Assembly (NCBI GenBank): GCA_965213685.1 | Contig: CBDBZY010000036.1 | Coordinates: forward strand, 96,001-160,000 | DNA length: 64,000 nucleotides | Direction of reading: 5' to 3' | Source: a bacterium | GTDB lineage: Bacteria; UBA8248 | Shown here: one piece after another, positions 1 to 13,607 of the stretch | Position numbering within the stretch: position 1 is the stretch's first letter | How the letters are laid out: each line of letters begins with the position of its first letter | Notes under the pieces: generated by a model | Databases searched by the model: none | Told to the model about the DNA's origin: nothing | What the model saw: only the letters and a program-made list of their open reading frames with translations | Translations under genes and position numbers: made by a program

Positions 1-2391
1 CCGCGTTCTCGAAACGGATGGCCTCCCAGATGTGCTGCACCACCCGGCGCATGCCGAGGGTGATGACGAGGCGGCGCCGGAAGCCGTCGCCGGCGAACAG
101 CGCAGGCGTGACGCGAATCTTCTCCGAGCGGATGAAGCGCTCGACGATGCGCACCACCTGCGCCAGAAGGAGCTCCCTGCAGCCCGGCCAGTCCTTCTTC
201 ATTTCGTCGAACACGTCGCGCGCGGTCTCGAATATGATGCGCTGTGTGCGCAGCTCCGGGTCGAGGTCCTCTATGCGGATGGTCTTTCCTTTCGTGAGGT
301 CGGGCTTGCCGTCGATGACCGGGGCCAACTCCGCGCTTTCGCACGTCTCGCCCGCGTCCAGCTCCAGCGGCTCCACCCGCTCCCAGTCCAGGCGGAGGCG
401 CGGACGATAGACGTGCTCCACGCGGACGACGTTCGGCCAGGAGATGGCGAATTTCGCGCGCTCCGGCAACGCCTCGACGGCGATCTTCGGCGGGGGCGGA
501 GGCGCTGGGCCATTCTCCCCGCCCTCGTGGGGCAGAAAGGAGAAGGGCACGCCGAAGATGTTGACGTATTCCGGATCGAGCAGGCCGGTCTCGCCCACGT
601 CGTAGGAGGTGCGGCGCAGGCCGCGCCCGACCACCTGCTCGCAGAGGAGCTGGCTGCTGAACGCGCGCAGCCCCATGATGTGGGTCACCGTCTTGGCGTC
701 CCAGCCCTCCGAGAGCATCCCGACGGAGATCACCTTCCGTATCCGCCCGCCCGGCTTGTCCGGCTGGCCCACGGTGTCCACCTGCCGGCGCAGCGTCTCG
801 GCCCGCTCCTTTTTGGTCAGGTTGCGCGCGTCGTCGCCGCCCCCGCCGCCGGCCTCCCCGCTGGCGAGCGGCTCCTCGGCGGCTTCGGCCTCCTTGAGCA
901 CGCGGGAGTCGATGTGCAGGGTGTGCTCCGGGCCGCGAAGCTCGTCAATGCGCACCTTGCCGTTGTCGAACGCATGCTTGACGCGCGCCGCCGTCTCGGT
1001 GCGGTTGGCGACGGTGATCATCACCGGCGGCGCACCTCCCTCCGGCTGCTGCTCCTCCCACTTTCGGAAGGTCTCGCGCCAGTCCAGGCCGAGCAGGAAG
1101 TAGGCGTTCGTCACCAGCGGCGGCAGCTGCTTCTCGGGCTTCGCCTTGAGGTTCAGATCGTCCTTCACCTGGTCGTAGATGTGGTACAGGCTGGACTTGT
1201 CGGTTTTGGCGTCGGTGCCGACGTCGTCCTGGACGACCACGCGCGGGGTCTTGACCAGGCCGGATTCGATGGCGTCGTTCAGGCCGAAATCGCTCACGAT
1301 CCACTCGAAGAGCGCCTCCTCCGAACTCTGCTTGCCCGAGGGGGCGAAGGGCGTGGCCGAGAAGTCATAGCAGGCGAGGAGACCCCGCGCCCGGTGTATC
1401 CTGTCCAGCCCGCCGACCCACTTCGTCGCCTCCTCCTTCTCCGCCTTGCTGACGCCCCGGACCTTCGATTCGGCGGGAACGCGCCAGGCGTGGTGGGCCT
1501 CGTCGTTGATGACCAGAATGTTCCGCGCCCGCGCCATGTCGCCGCCGAGTACGTCGCGGACGTAGGCCGCATCGCTCCGCGGCCCGCGCTTGTCCACGCT
1601 CTTCTTTTTGGCGAGCTGCTCCGCGCTCTCCCAGGCGAGCGCGTGCCAGTTGCGGATGAGCACCCTCCCCTGCCGCAGCCTGTCGCGCAGGGCGGAGGGC
1701 ACGACGCGAAAGGCCTCGTAGTAGTTCGTCGGGTTCTGCGGATCCAGCACGGCGAGGCGGTTTTTCACCGTGAGGCCGGGGGCGACGACGAGCACGTTCC
1801 GCGAGAAGCGGGCGTCCTGCGGGCGGGCGGCCTTGTTCAGGACGTGCCAGGCGATGACCATCGCCATGACGACGGTCTTGCCCGATCCGGTCGCCATCTT
1901 CGCGCACAGGCGGCGGAACGCTCCGCCGTCGGAGGGTATCTCGACCCCGACCCTCTCCGCCGGCGGCGCCTCCGTCAGCCAGATGAGCGTCTCGGCGGCC
2001 TCCAGCTGGCAGAAGAAAAGTCGCCGGGAATCAGACTCCTCCGGATCATTCCAGTGCTCCAGCAGCCGCTTCGTGGTTCCCGTGACGCCCGGATAGCCGG
2101 CCTTGCGCCACGCCTGAACGCGGGGGCGAATCCTGTTCGCCAGGGGGATTTCGACGAAGCGGCCCGGATCGTCATGCGAACGGGAAGCGCGGGAGGCGAC
2201 GACGTATCCGGCCGGGCGGCGTCCCTCCTCGAGCGAGAAGGCCCGCCGCGCGCCGTCATAGTGCCAGTACCTCTTCGGCTCCTCGTAGGGGGAGTTGATT
2301 ATCAGCTGGTCGATGGCCGCGCGGGGCCTCCCCGCCTCCTCCCGCCGGGAGGGCGATCCCCTCCTCCGCCGGCGCGCGTCGCCCCGCGTGC

Positions 2392-2395
<4 letters not shown>
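1..2395 (-). CDS. res: Type III restriction endonuclease subunit (Res, DEAD/SF2 helicase); 3' end runs off the window
   Basis: Manually translated minus frame (absent from the ORF track because it has no stop in the window): IINSPYEEP N-terminus, Walker A MATGSGKT, DEAHH, SAT, GWD, QVVGRGLR. ATG at 2395 overlaps the canonical mod stop (ATGA). Confidence 0.9.
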
Positions 2396-5230
<2,835 letters not shown>

Positions 5231-5270
5231 GCGTCCTCCTCCTTCCCCCCTTCTCCCGCTCGGCGCGCCA

Positions 5271-6461
5271 TCAGTCCGCGCACGCCTCCACGACCACCGA
5301 AAGCCCCATGCCGCCGCCGATGCAGGCGCCCGCGAGGCCGTATCTCCCGCCCCGGCGCCTGAGCTCGTGCAGTATCGTGAGGGTGAGGCGCGCCCCGCTC
5401 GCCCCCACCGGGTGGCCGATGGCGATGGCCCCGCCGTTCACGTTCGTCTTCTCGCGGTCCAGGCCCAGTTCCTTCTCCACCGCCAGATACTGGGCGGAGA
5501 ACGCCTCGTTGATCTCGACGAGGTCCATGTCGTCCAGCGCCAGCCCCGCCTTGCGGAGCGCGATGCGGCTGCTCTCGGCGGGCCCGATGCCCATGATCTT
5601 CGGGTCGCAGCCCGACACCCCCCAGGAGACGAGCCGGCCTATCGGCTTTCGCCCGAGCCGCTCCGCCGCCGCCCGCGAGGAGACGACCAGCGCCGCCGCC
5701 CCGTCGTTGATGCCGCTGGCGTTGCCCGCCGTCACCACGCCGTCCTCCTTGAAGGCGGGCCGCAGCCTGGCGAGCGCCTCCGCGTCCGAATCCGGGCGGG
5801 GGTGCTCGTCGCGCTCGAAGCGGATCGTCCTCCTCCGCTCGCGCACCTCCACCGGAAAACACTCCTCCGCCAGCCGTCCGCTCTCCCAGGCGTCGCGCGC
5901 CCGCGCCTGGCTCAGGGCGGCGAACTCGTCCACCCCCTCGCGGTGGAGGTCGTATTTCTCGGCGAGGTTCTCCGCCGTGATGCCCATCGGCACGTTGGCG
6001 CGGGTGTCGGTGAGCGCCGCGTGGAGGCCGTCCTCCATCGGCGCCTGAAAGAGTTTGATGCCCGTTCGCGAGTTGCGTATCACGTGCGGGGTCAGGCTCA
6101 TGTTCTCGGCGCCCACGGCGAGCACCACCTCGGCGTCCCCCGTCATGATCTCCTTCGCCCCGCTCACGACCGCCTGAAAGCCCGAGGCGCACATCCGGTT
6201 CACGCAATAGCCGGGCCGCTCCTGCGGGACGCCCGCGGCCAGCGCGACGTGCCGGCCGATGTAGACGCCGTCGGAGTTCGACTGGATGACGTTGCCCACC
6301 ACCGTGTGGTCCACCTCCTCCGGCGGCACGCCCGCGCGCGCCATCGCCTCCTTCGCCGCCAGGGCGCCCAGCTCCGTGGCCGACATGTCCTTCAAAGTCC
6401 CCAGAAACCCGCCGAACGGCGTCCGCGCACCGCCCAGAAAAACGATGTCCGTATCCGACAT
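5271..6461 (-). CDS. Acetyl-CoA C-acyltransferase (thiolase)
   Basis: ARTPFG, VNRMCASG (catalytic Cys), NEAF, GGAIAIGHPVGASG, CIGGG motifs; start MSDTDIVF. Confidence 0.95.
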   Translation of the reverse strand: MSDTDIVFLGGARTPFGGFLGTLKDMSATELGALAAKEAMARAGVPPEEVDHTVVGNVIQSNSDGVYIGRHVALAAGVPQERPGYCVNRMCASGFQAVVSGAKEIMTGDAEVVLAVGAENMSLTPHVIRNSRTGIKLFQAPMEDGLHAALTDTRANVPMGITAENLAEKYDLHREGVDEFAALSQARARDAWESGRLAEECFPVEVRERRRTIRFERDEHPRPDSDAEALARLRPAFKEDGVVTAGNASGINDGAAALVVSSRAAAERLGRKPIGRLVSWGVSGCDPKIMGIGPAESSRIALRKAGLALDDMDLVEINEAFSAQYLAVEKELGLDREKTNVNGGAIAIGHPVGASGARLTLTILHELRRRGGRYGLAGACIGGGMGLSVVVEACAD

Positions 6462-6634
6462 TGCTCCGATTCCTCCGACTCGCTGACAAAGAAGTCCCCT
6501 GATTCCCCGCGTTGGCTGTGTGTCGTGGTGTCCCCCCCAACATACAGGCAGGGAGAAGCGAAGCGCAAGGGTGCGCGGGGGTGTGCGGGGGGTGCGGCGC
6601 GGTGCGCGGGAAGATCGCTCCCTCCTCCCCTCCC

Positions 6635-7672
6635 TTACATCCAGGAGAGGGGGGCGGCGGCGTCTCCCCGGAGCCTGCGCGCGGCGTCCCTGGCGAGGTA
6701 GGTGAGGATGATGTCCGCCCCCGCCCGCCGGATGGAGGTCAGCATCTCCAGGAACGCGCGCTCGGGGTCGAGCCACCCGCTGCGGCTCGCCGCCGCCAGC
6801 ATGGCGAACTCGCCGGAGACGTTGTAGGCGGCGACGGGCAGGTCGGTCATCGCCCGCGCCCGCGCGATGACGTCGAGAAACAGAAGCGCCGGCTTCACCA
6901 TGATGATGTCCGCCCCCTCCTCGACGTCGAACCTGATCTCGCGGGCTGCCTCGCGGGCGTTGGCCGGGTCCATCTGGTAGGAACTCCTGTCGCCGAAGGC
7001 GGGCGCACTCTCCGCCGCCTCGCGAAAGGGGCCGTAATAGGCGCTCGCAAACTTCGCCGCGTAGGCCATGACGGGGGTCTGCGCGAACCCCGCCGCGTCG
7101 AGTGCCGCGCGAATCGAGCCGACGCGGCCGTCCATCATGTCCGACGGGGCGACGATGTCGGCCCCCGCCTCGGCGTGGCTCACCGCCGTCTTCTCCAGAA
7201 GCGCGAGGGTCGGGTCGTTGAGGATTCTGTCGCCGGCGATGACGCCGCAATGCCCGTGGTCCATGTATTCGCAAAGGCAGACGTCCGTGATGACGCACAG
7301 CTCGGGATGCGCCTCCTTCAGGGTGCGCACCGCGCGCTGGACGATCCCCTCCTCCGCGTACGCCCCGCTGGCGCGGGCGTCCTTGCGGTCGGGGATTCCG
7401 AAGAGGATGACGCCCGGTATGCCGAGGGCGGCGACCTCCCCGCAGTCCGCCACCAGCTGATCGACGGAGAGCTGATATTGCCCGGGCATCGAGGATATTT
7501 CCCGCCGAACGTCTTCCCCCTCGACGACGAACATCGGGTAGACGAGGTTGTCCACCGAAAGGCGCGTCTCGCGCACCAGGCGCCGCATGGCGGGCGTCTC
7601 CCGCGTGCGCCGCGTCCGGTGTCGCACGTCCTCCCGGAGTCCTGCGAGAGCGGAGCGGTCTCCTTCCGTCAT
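6635..7672 (-). CDS. hemB: Porphobilinogen synthase (ALA dehydratase)
   Basis: DVCLCEYMDHGHCG Zn site, APSDMMDGR, YQMDPAN, MVKP; ATGA overlap with hemD. Confidence 0.97.
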   Translation of the reverse strand: MTEGDRSALAGLREDVRHRTRRTRETPAMRRLVRETRLSVDNLVYPMFVVEGEDVRREISSMPGQYQLSVDQLVADCGEVAALGIPGVILFGIPDRKDARASGAYAEEGIVQRAVRTLKEAHPELCVITDVCLCEYMDHGHCGVIAGDRILNDPTLALLEKTAVSHAEAGADIVAPSDMMDGRVGSIRAALDAAGFAQTPVMAYAAKFASAYYGPFREAAESAPAFGDRSSYQMDPANAREAAREIRFDVEEGADIIMVKPALLFLDVIARARAMTDLPVAAYNVSGEFAMLAAASRSGWLDPERAFLEMLTSIRRAGADIILTYLARDAARRLRGDAAAPLSWM

Positions 7673-8595
7673 GCCGTTTTTCTCCCCCTCCGCCGGGCGT
7701 CGTCCGCGCCGCGGGATTTTTCGTAAAAAGAGGCGACGGCCCGCGCCATGCCCGGAATCGTCGACTCGGCGGCCTCGACGTCCGGGGCGATGCCGAACGC
7801 GCGCGCCGTCTGCGTGGTCATCGGGCCAATGGAGGCCACCTTCGCGCGCCGCGCCCATCCGCGCGCCGCATCCGCGCCCGCCGCTCCCACGAAACTTTTG
7901 AGGGCGGAGGAGCTGGTGAAGGTCAGCATGTCAATTTTCCCGGCCTCCAGCTCCTCGCGGACGCCGCGCAGCGCCTCGCGTCCCGCAGGCACCGTTTGAT
8001 AGACGGCCACGTCATCCACCACAGCCCCCATTTTCCGCAACGCCTCGGGGATGGCGTCCCGCCCCTGTTTCGCCCTCGGCAACAAAACGCGCTTGCCCGC
8101 CATCTCCTCGCCCTCCAGCAACGCGATGACGCCTTCGGCCACATATTTTTCGGCTATCCTGTCGGGCGCTCTCCGCAGGCATCTGCGCACGGCGGCCCCC
8201 GTGGCGGGTCCGACCGCCAGGAGCGACGCTCCGGCCAGCGCCGGCGCCCCCCCCTCCGCCGGGTCGGCGCCCAGCGCCCGGAGCCTTCGCGCCAGGTATT
8301 TGGGGCCGTTCGCGCTCGTGAAGATGAGCCAGTCATACCCCTGAGGCGAGCGGACGGCGGCGTCCAGCGACGCCCAGTCATCGGGTTCGCGTATCGCGAT
8401 GAGCGGGGCGAGCAGCACGCGCGCCCCCAAATCCGCGAGCATCCTCCCCATGCGCGACGTCCCCTCCTCCGGTCGCGTGACGAGGATGCTCCTGCCCGCA
8501 AGCGGGCGCGCGTCCGCCCCCTCCGCGCTCCGTTCGGCGGCCGCGCGTTCGGGTTCGGAGGCATCGTTCGTCCCCCGATCTCCGGCGTCCCTCAT
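7669..8595 (-). CDS. hemD: Uroporphyrinogen-III synthase
   Basis: ILVTRP, IFTSANG, AVGPAT, FTSSS, SIGPMT; lies between hemC and hemB. Confidence 0.93.
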   Translation of the reverse strand: MRDAGDRGTNDASEPERAAAERSAEGADARPLAGRSILVTRPEEGTSRMGRMLADLGARVLLAPLIAIREPDDWASLDAAVRSPQGYDWLIFTSANGPKYLARRLRALGADPAEGGAPALAGASLLAVGPATGAAVRRCLRRAPDRIAEKYVAEGVIALLEGEEMAGKRVLLPRAKQGRDAIPEALRKMGAVVDDVAVYQTVPAGREALRGVREELEAGKIDMLTFTSSSALKSFVGAAGADAARGWARRAKVASIGPMTTQTARAFGIAPDVEAAESTIPGMARAVASFYEKSRGADDARRRGRKTA

Positions 8596-9515
8596 CGCAT
8601 CCCTCTCAAAATCTCCGCACCGCCCCGCGAGAGAACCTCCTCGGCCAGCTCCTCGGCCAGCCGCACGGCGTCGCCGGGGGCGCCCCTCCTCTCCGCTTCC
8701 ACCATCCGCCTCCCGTCGAGGCTCGCGAGGCGGCCCCGGATGCGGAATTCGCCCGCGCGCGTCTCCTCCGCGAAAACGGCCAGCGGCAGCTGGCACCCGC
8801 CCTCGAGACGCGCCATGACGACGCGTTCGGCCAAAACCGCCCGCCGCGTCCCCGCATCGTCCAACCCCAGAACGCGCGCGCGCACCGCCGCATCCCCGTC
8901 GCGTATCTCCACGGCGAGCGCACCCTGTCCGGCGGCGGGCAGCATGAGTTCGGGGGCGAGGATTTCCGTCGCCCGCTCCCCGAGTCCCAGGCGGTTCAGG
9001 CCGGCGGCCGCCAGGAGGAGGCCATCGGCCGCGCCCGCCGCCATCTTCCGCAGGCGCGTGTCCACGTTTCCGCGCATCTCCACGATTCTCAGATCGGGGC
9101 GAAAGCGCCTGAGCTGCGTGATTCTCCGCAGGCTGCCCGTGCCGATTCCCGCGCCTGGTGCCATGCTGCGGATGGACTCCCCCCCGCGCGAGACCAGCGC
9201 GTCCCAGGGCTCCTCCCGCTCGGGTATCGCGCCCAGGACGAGACCCTCGGGCAACTCGCCCGGCAAGTCCTTCAGGCTGTGGACGGCGGCGTCGACCTCG
9301 CCGCGCAACAGGGCGTCCTCGATCTCCTTGACGAAAACTCCCTTGCCGCCCAGCTCCCGAACCGGGGAGGCGCGCATCGCGTCTCCGCGCGTCTGCATGG
9401 GGATTTCCTCCACCGCGAGGCCCGGGTGCAGGCGCCGCAACCGCGCGGCCACCTGCGCCGTCTGCGCGCGCGCGAGCGCGCTGCCCCGCGTGCCGAGGCG
9501 CAGCGCCTCCCTCAT
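8592..9515 (-). CDS. hemC: Hydroxymethylbilane synthase
   Basis: LGTRGSALA, GKGVFVKEIE, VHSLKDLP, RGNVDTRL, GGCQLP. Confidence 0.97.
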   Translation of the reverse strand: MREALRLGTRGSALARAQTAQVAARLRRLHPGLAVEEIPMQTRGDAMRASPVRELGGKGVFVKEIEDALLRGEVDAAVHSLKDLPGELPEGLVLGAIPEREEPWDALVSRGGESIRSMAPGAGIGTGSLRRITQLRRFRPDLRIVEMRGNVDTRLRKMAAGAADGLLLAAAGLNRLGLGERATEILAPELMLPAAGQGALAVEIRDGDAAVRARVLGLDDAGTRRAVLAERVVMARLEGGCQLPLAVFAEETRAGEFRIRGRLASLDGRRMVEAERRGAPGDAVRLAEELAEEVLSRGGAEILRGMR

Positions 9516-10834
9516 CTGTCGGGCGCGTCATCCGCCGCGCGCGCGGCGGGCGGATTCTCCTGAAGAAACTCCGCGTCCACGCCAAAAAGCCTTTGCACGG
9601 ACTCCAGGGAGATGCCGTCCGCATCCTCCGCGCGCATCCGGCGGAGAGCGGCGAAGGGATGGTGGAGTATCTTGTTGACCAACGCCCTCGTCATGGCGTC
9701 GAGTGCCTCGCGCCCGCCGTCTCCCACGTCGGGCAGGCGCGCGAGGGTTTTTTCCATTTCGTCCCGGCGGGCGGATTCCGCCGAGGAGCGTATGGCCGCG
9801 AGGGTGCGCCGGAGGTCTTCGGCCCGCTTGCGGGCGAGGTAGGTCTGCACCTCGCTCTCCACGATCATGCGCGCGTCGCGCGCCACCTCCTCGCGGCCCC
9901 GCAGGTTGTCCGCCACGACGGACTGCAGGTCGTCCAGATCGTAGAGGTAGGCGTCTTCCAGGTCGTTCACGTCGGGCGCGATGTTCCTCGGCACGGAGAT
10001 GTCGATGAGAAAGATGGGCGCACCCCGGCGACGCTCCAGGGCGGCGGCCACGGTCGGCTTCTCGAGAACGAACGCGGGCGACGCCGTGGATGCGATGACG
10101 ACGTCGGCATGGATGAGCGCCTCCTCGAGGTTCTCGAAGCCCATGGCGCGGCCCTGGAGCCTGGAGGCCAGCTCCCGCGCGCGCGCGAGCGTCCTGTTCG
10201 CCACATCCAGGACGTCCGCCCCGCCCGCCTTCAGATGCCGCGCCGCCGCCTCGCCCATCTCGCCCGCCCCCAGCAGGAGCACCCTCTTGCCCGCCAGCGA
10301 ACCGAAAATTCTCCTGGCCAAATCCACGGCGACGGAGCTCACCGACACCGGCGTCTCGCCGATGGCGGTTTGCCGGCGAATCTTCCTCGCCACCCGGAAC
10401 GCGCGGGAGAAAAGATCGGTGAGTGCCTTGCCGGTATGGCCGGAGGCCTGCGCGACCCTGTAGGCTTCCTTGACCTGCCCCAGAATCTGCGGCTCGCCCA
10501 CCACCATGGAGTCCAGGCTCGACGCCACGGTGAAGAGGTGCCGCGTCGCCTCCGCCTCGCGGCGCACATAGAGGTGGGCGTTCAGCTCCTCGTCCCCGAT
10601 GTCGCGCGAGTCGAGGAGAAACCGGTGGATGGCGTCGAGGCCCCGCTCGAAATTCCCGACCGCGCTGTAGACCTCCACCCGGTTGCAGGTCGATAGAATG
10701 AGGCGCTCCTCCAGCCCGCGATAGGCCGCCAGACGGTCGAGCCACTCGCCCATGCGCCCCTCCGGGAAATACAGGCGCTCCCGAACGCTGAGCGGCGTGT
10801 TGTGATGGCTGACGCCGGCGAGAATGATGGGCAT
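9512..10834 (-). CDS. hemA: Glutamyl-tRNA reductase
   Basis: LSTCNRVEVY, SLDSMVVGEPQILGQVK, GAGEMG; start MPIILAGVSHH. Confidence 0.97.
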   Translation of the reverse strand: MPIILAGVSHHNTPLSVRERLYFPEGRMGEWLDRLAAYRGLEERLILSTCNRVEVYSAVGNFERGLDAIHRFLLDSRDIGDEELNAHLYVRREAEATRHLFTVASSLDSMVVGEPQILGQVKEAYRVAQASGHTGKALTDLFSRAFRVARKIRRQTAIGETPVSVSSVAVDLARRIFGSLAGKRVLLLGAGEMGEAAARHLKAGGADVLDVANRTLARARELASRLQGRAMGFENLEEALIHADVVIASTASPAFVLEKPTVAAALERRRGAPIFLIDISVPRNIAPDVNDLEDAYLYDLDDLQSVVADNLRGREEVARDARMIVESEVQTYLARKRAEDLRRTLAAIRSSAESARRDEMEKTLARLPDVGDGGREALDAMTRALVNKILHHPFAALRRMRAEDADGISLESVQRLFGVDAEFLQENPPAARAADDAPDR

Positions 10835-10848
10835 ATATCCACCGCTCC

Positions 10849-11616
10849 CTAGAAGTGGATGACCAGGGCGAAGAGCGCGGCGACGAAGGTCACCATCGAG
10901 AAAACCGCGGAGCGCTTCCCCTTCCAGCTGCGCGTGAGCCGGCAGACGAGCAGGAGTCCGTAGGCGCCCCAGATCAGTATCAGGGGCCAGGTGCGCACCG
11001 GGTCGAGGCTCCAGTAGGCGCCGTGGCGCGACTTCGCCCACATCGATCCGAGCAGCAGGCTCGCCGTCAGGAAGGCGAAGCCGAAATACAGTATCTTGTG
11101 GTTCAGGTCGTCGAGAATATCCAGGGAGGGGAAGCGATGCAGCCAGGCGCTCGGCCTTCTGGATTTCAGCTGACGCGACTGCACAAGATACATCAGGGCG
11201 GAGGCGAAGAGCAGAAAAAACGAGGCCGAACTCAGCAGCGCCAGCACCGCGTGGCCCTGCAGCAGATAGCCCTGCACGGCCTGGGAGCCGGCGCCCCATA
11301 CGCCGGGGAAGGCGGCCGCGTATCCCTCCAGGACGAACGCCGCCGGCACGGCGAAGCCGCCCAGGGCGATGTCCCGATACCGCGCATAGACGATGAGATA
11401 CATCAGCAGAATCACCCACGCCATGCCGCTCAGCCACGGCCCCCAGCCATGGGGGGTGCCCGAGGCGAAACCCACCCCCAGCATCAAGGTGTGGAGGACG
11501 AACCCCAGGAGCAGCGCGCCCATTCCGTAGAGAACGCCCGCGGACCTGCCCGTGAACAGCAGGTACAGGTGGGCGAACGCCGCGACGAGATAGCAGGCAA
11601 TCAAGATGGCGAGCAA
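10849..11616 (-). CDS. ccsA: CcsA/HemX-like cytochrome c assembly family membrane protein
   Basis: Multi-TM; PSLDILD and GSMWA...YWSLDP (WWD-like) motifs; immediately upstream of hemA. Confidence 0.8.
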   Translation of the reverse strand: MLAILIACYLVAAFAHLYLLFTGRSAGVLYGMGALLLGFVLHTLMLGVGFASGTPHGWGPWLSGMAWVILLMYLIVYARYRDIALGGFAVPAAFVLEGYAAAFPGVWGAGSQAVQGYLLQGHAVLALLSSASFFLLFASALMYLVQSRQLKSRRPSAWLHRFPSLDILDDLNHKILYFGFAFLTASLLLGSMWAKSRHGAYWSLDPVRTWPLILIWGAYGLLLVCRLTRSWKGKRSAVFSMVTFVAALFALVIHF

Positions 11617-11797
11617 GGAAACTCTCCCCCCTCCCCCCCGGGGCGAGGAAATCTCTGGCGGCCCGGAAAACGAGGCCAGCCCTTATTGTAGACCACTCTT
11701 GGGGAGATTTTGCAATAATCTCCCGCCTCAACGGTGTCCGGGACGGCGGCATCCCGCGCCCGCTACGCGATTCTCCGGCTATCCGCGCACCCAGCCA

Positions 11798-11826
11798 TTG
11801 GCGAAACCGGCCATCCCCACTATACT
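11798..11826 (+). promoter_or_regulatory. Putative sigma70 promoter for pyrD-pyrK
   Basis: TTGGCG-N17-TATACT. Confidence 0.5.
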
Positions 11827-11878
11827 CGCTCCAGGCCCGTTCGCCCATGCGCTTTCCCGCCGGGAGGGGCAGCATCCC

Positions 11879-12814
11879 GTGATACCGCTTCCCGACATCG
11901 ACCCGCCCCTGATCAACGCCAGCGGCATCCTGAGTTATCCGGAAGTGTTCGCGGCTTTTGAGAGGGCGGGCGCGAGCCTGGGCGGCTACGTCACGAAGTC
12001 CGTCGGCCCACAGGAGAAGCGGGGCAACGAGAATCCGGTGCTCGTCCACCCTTCCGGGGGCGTCGTTCTCAACTCCCTCGCCCTGCCGACGCAGAGCGCG
12101 GAGGACTGGGAGCGGGACCTGGAGGAAATTTCCCTCCAAAGCGCCAGGCTCATCGTCTCCGTCTATGGCGGAACGCCCGCGGAGTTCGCCCGCGTCTCCT
12201 CGCGCGTATCGAGATTCGCCGACGCCGTCGAGGTGAACCTGGGGTGCCCCAACAAGGAGCCGGGCGAGCGGACGATCATGGAGAGCGTCGGCCAGAGCCC
12301 CGCCCTCTCGGGCGAGGTCATCCGGTGTGTGCGCGACGCTACGGATGCGCCCCTTATCGCCAAGCTCTCCCCCAACAGCGATTACCTCGCCGTGGCGGAC
12401 GCGTGCCTCGGGGCGGGGGCGGACGCCCTCGGCTGCGGCAACACCCTGGGGCCGGGCCTGGCGGTGGACATCGCGAGCCGGGCGCCCATTCTCGCAGGCT
12501 TGACGGGCGGCATCAGCGGCCCCGCGCTCAAGCCCGTCAACCTGCGCATGACGTATGAGGCGTACGCGCGCTTCGGGTGCCCCATCGTCGCATACGGCGG
12601 CATCCAAACCTGGGAGGACGGGGTGGAGTACATCCTGGCGGGCGCCCGCGTCCTGGGAATCGGCACAGCCTTCATGGGAAAAACCACGGAGGCCGCCGCC
12701 GCCCTCACCCGGGACATCTGGGCGGGAATTCAGGAATACCTGGGCGCGGAGCCCATGTCCGCGCTCATTGGCGGTGCGCACCGCTCCGCCAGCCGGGAGC
12801 GCGCCCGTGCGTAG
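11879..12814 (+). CDS. pyrD: Dihydroorotate dehydrogenase family 1B catalytic subunit
   Basis: INASG, TKS, NLGCPN, AKLSPN, NTL, GGISGPALKP; GTG start after GGGAGG; paired with pyrK. Confidence 0.82.
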   Translation: MIPLPDIDPPLINASGILSYPEVFAAFERAGASLGGYVTKSVGPQEKRGNENPVLVHPSGGVVLNSLALPTQSAEDWERDLEEISLQSARLIVSVYGGTPAEFARVSSRVSRFADAVEVNLGCPNKEPGERTIMESVGQSPALSGEVIRCVRDATDAPLIAKLSPNSDYLAVADACLGAGADALGCGNTLGPGLAVDIASRAPILAGLTGGISGPALKPVNLRMTYEAYARFGCPIVAYGGIQTWEDGVEYILAGARVLGIGTAFMGKTTEAAAALTRDIWAGIQEYLGAEPMSALIGGAHRSASRERARA

Positions 12815-13532
12815 CGTCTGTCGGGTCGTGGAAAACCGCCGGGAAAGCGAGTGGACGCGGACGATTTTCTTTGATCGGGAGGTCGCGTCGCGCCCCGGAC
12901 AATTCATGATGGTCTGGCTGCCGCGCCTGGGGGAGAAGCCCTTCACGCTCTCCTATCCCAACGCCGTCACCGTGAAGCGGGCGGGCGCGTTCACCGAGGC
13001 GCTCGCCGCACTCCGGCCGGGGGAGCAAATAGGGCTTCGGGGGCCTTTGGGACGGGGCTATCCCCCCCTCCGGAGGCCCGCGCTGATCGGCGGCGGCGTC
13101 GGCATCGCGGAGCTGCGACTGCTCGCGCTCGCCTCCGAGTCCCCCTCGTTCGTCCTGGGCGGACGCACGTCGGAGGAAATCCTGTTCCACGAGGAATTCC
13201 GGGCGCTCGGCCCCGTCCGCGTCGCCACCGAAGACGGCAGCCTGGGGGAAAGGGGTCTGGTCACGAAACTGCTGCCGGTGGAGGCGGAATGCTACGCCCT
13301 GTGCGGGCCGGAGAGGATGATGGCCGCGTGCCTTCCGAAGCTTCCGCCGGAGCGCACATACCTCGCCCTCGAGAGATACATGAAATGCGCCGTGGGCCTG
13401 TGCGGCCAGTGCACCTGCTCCGGCTGGCGCGTGTGCACGGACGGCCCGGTCTTCCCCGCCACCCTGGTCGCGCAAATGGGGGATTTCGGAACGCGCAGGC
13501 GATCGAAGAGCGGCAGATGGGAGCCGGTGTAG
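12807..13532 (+). CDS. pyrK: Dihydroorotate dehydrogenase electron transfer subunit
   Basis: PGQFMMVW, RGPLGRG, GGGVGIA, CGP, CAVGLCGQC...VCTDGPVF [2Fe-2S] motif. Confidence 0.88.
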   Translation: MRSVCRVVENRRESEWTRTIFFDREVASRPGQFMMVWLPRLGEKPFTLSYPNAVTVKRAGAFTEALAALRPGEQIGLRGPLGRGYPPLRRPALIGGGVGIAELRLLALASESPSFVLGGRTSEEILFHEEFRALGPVRVATEDGSLGERGLVTKLLPVEAECYALCGPERMMAACLPKLPPERTYLALERYMKCAVGLCGQCTCSGWRVCTDGPVFPATLVAQMGDFGTRRRSKSGRWEPV

Positions 13533-13607
13533 GCCGCTCCATCTTCCCAGGACGATCCGGGTGCGCGTATAATCGGGGCGCGAGAGGCGAAACCATTCGT
13601 CTCGTCC

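Noticed and set aside
6569-6610. Degenerate ~10-bp tandem repeat (ggtgcgcggg) between hemB and thiolase
   Set aside because: Short, imperfect and low-complexity; no support for a function.
5271-12946. Apparent long N-terminal extensions of thiolase, HemB, HemD and HemA in the ORF track
   Set aside because: They come from upstream start choices overlapping neighbouring genes; true starts were set from ATGA overlaps and family N-termini.
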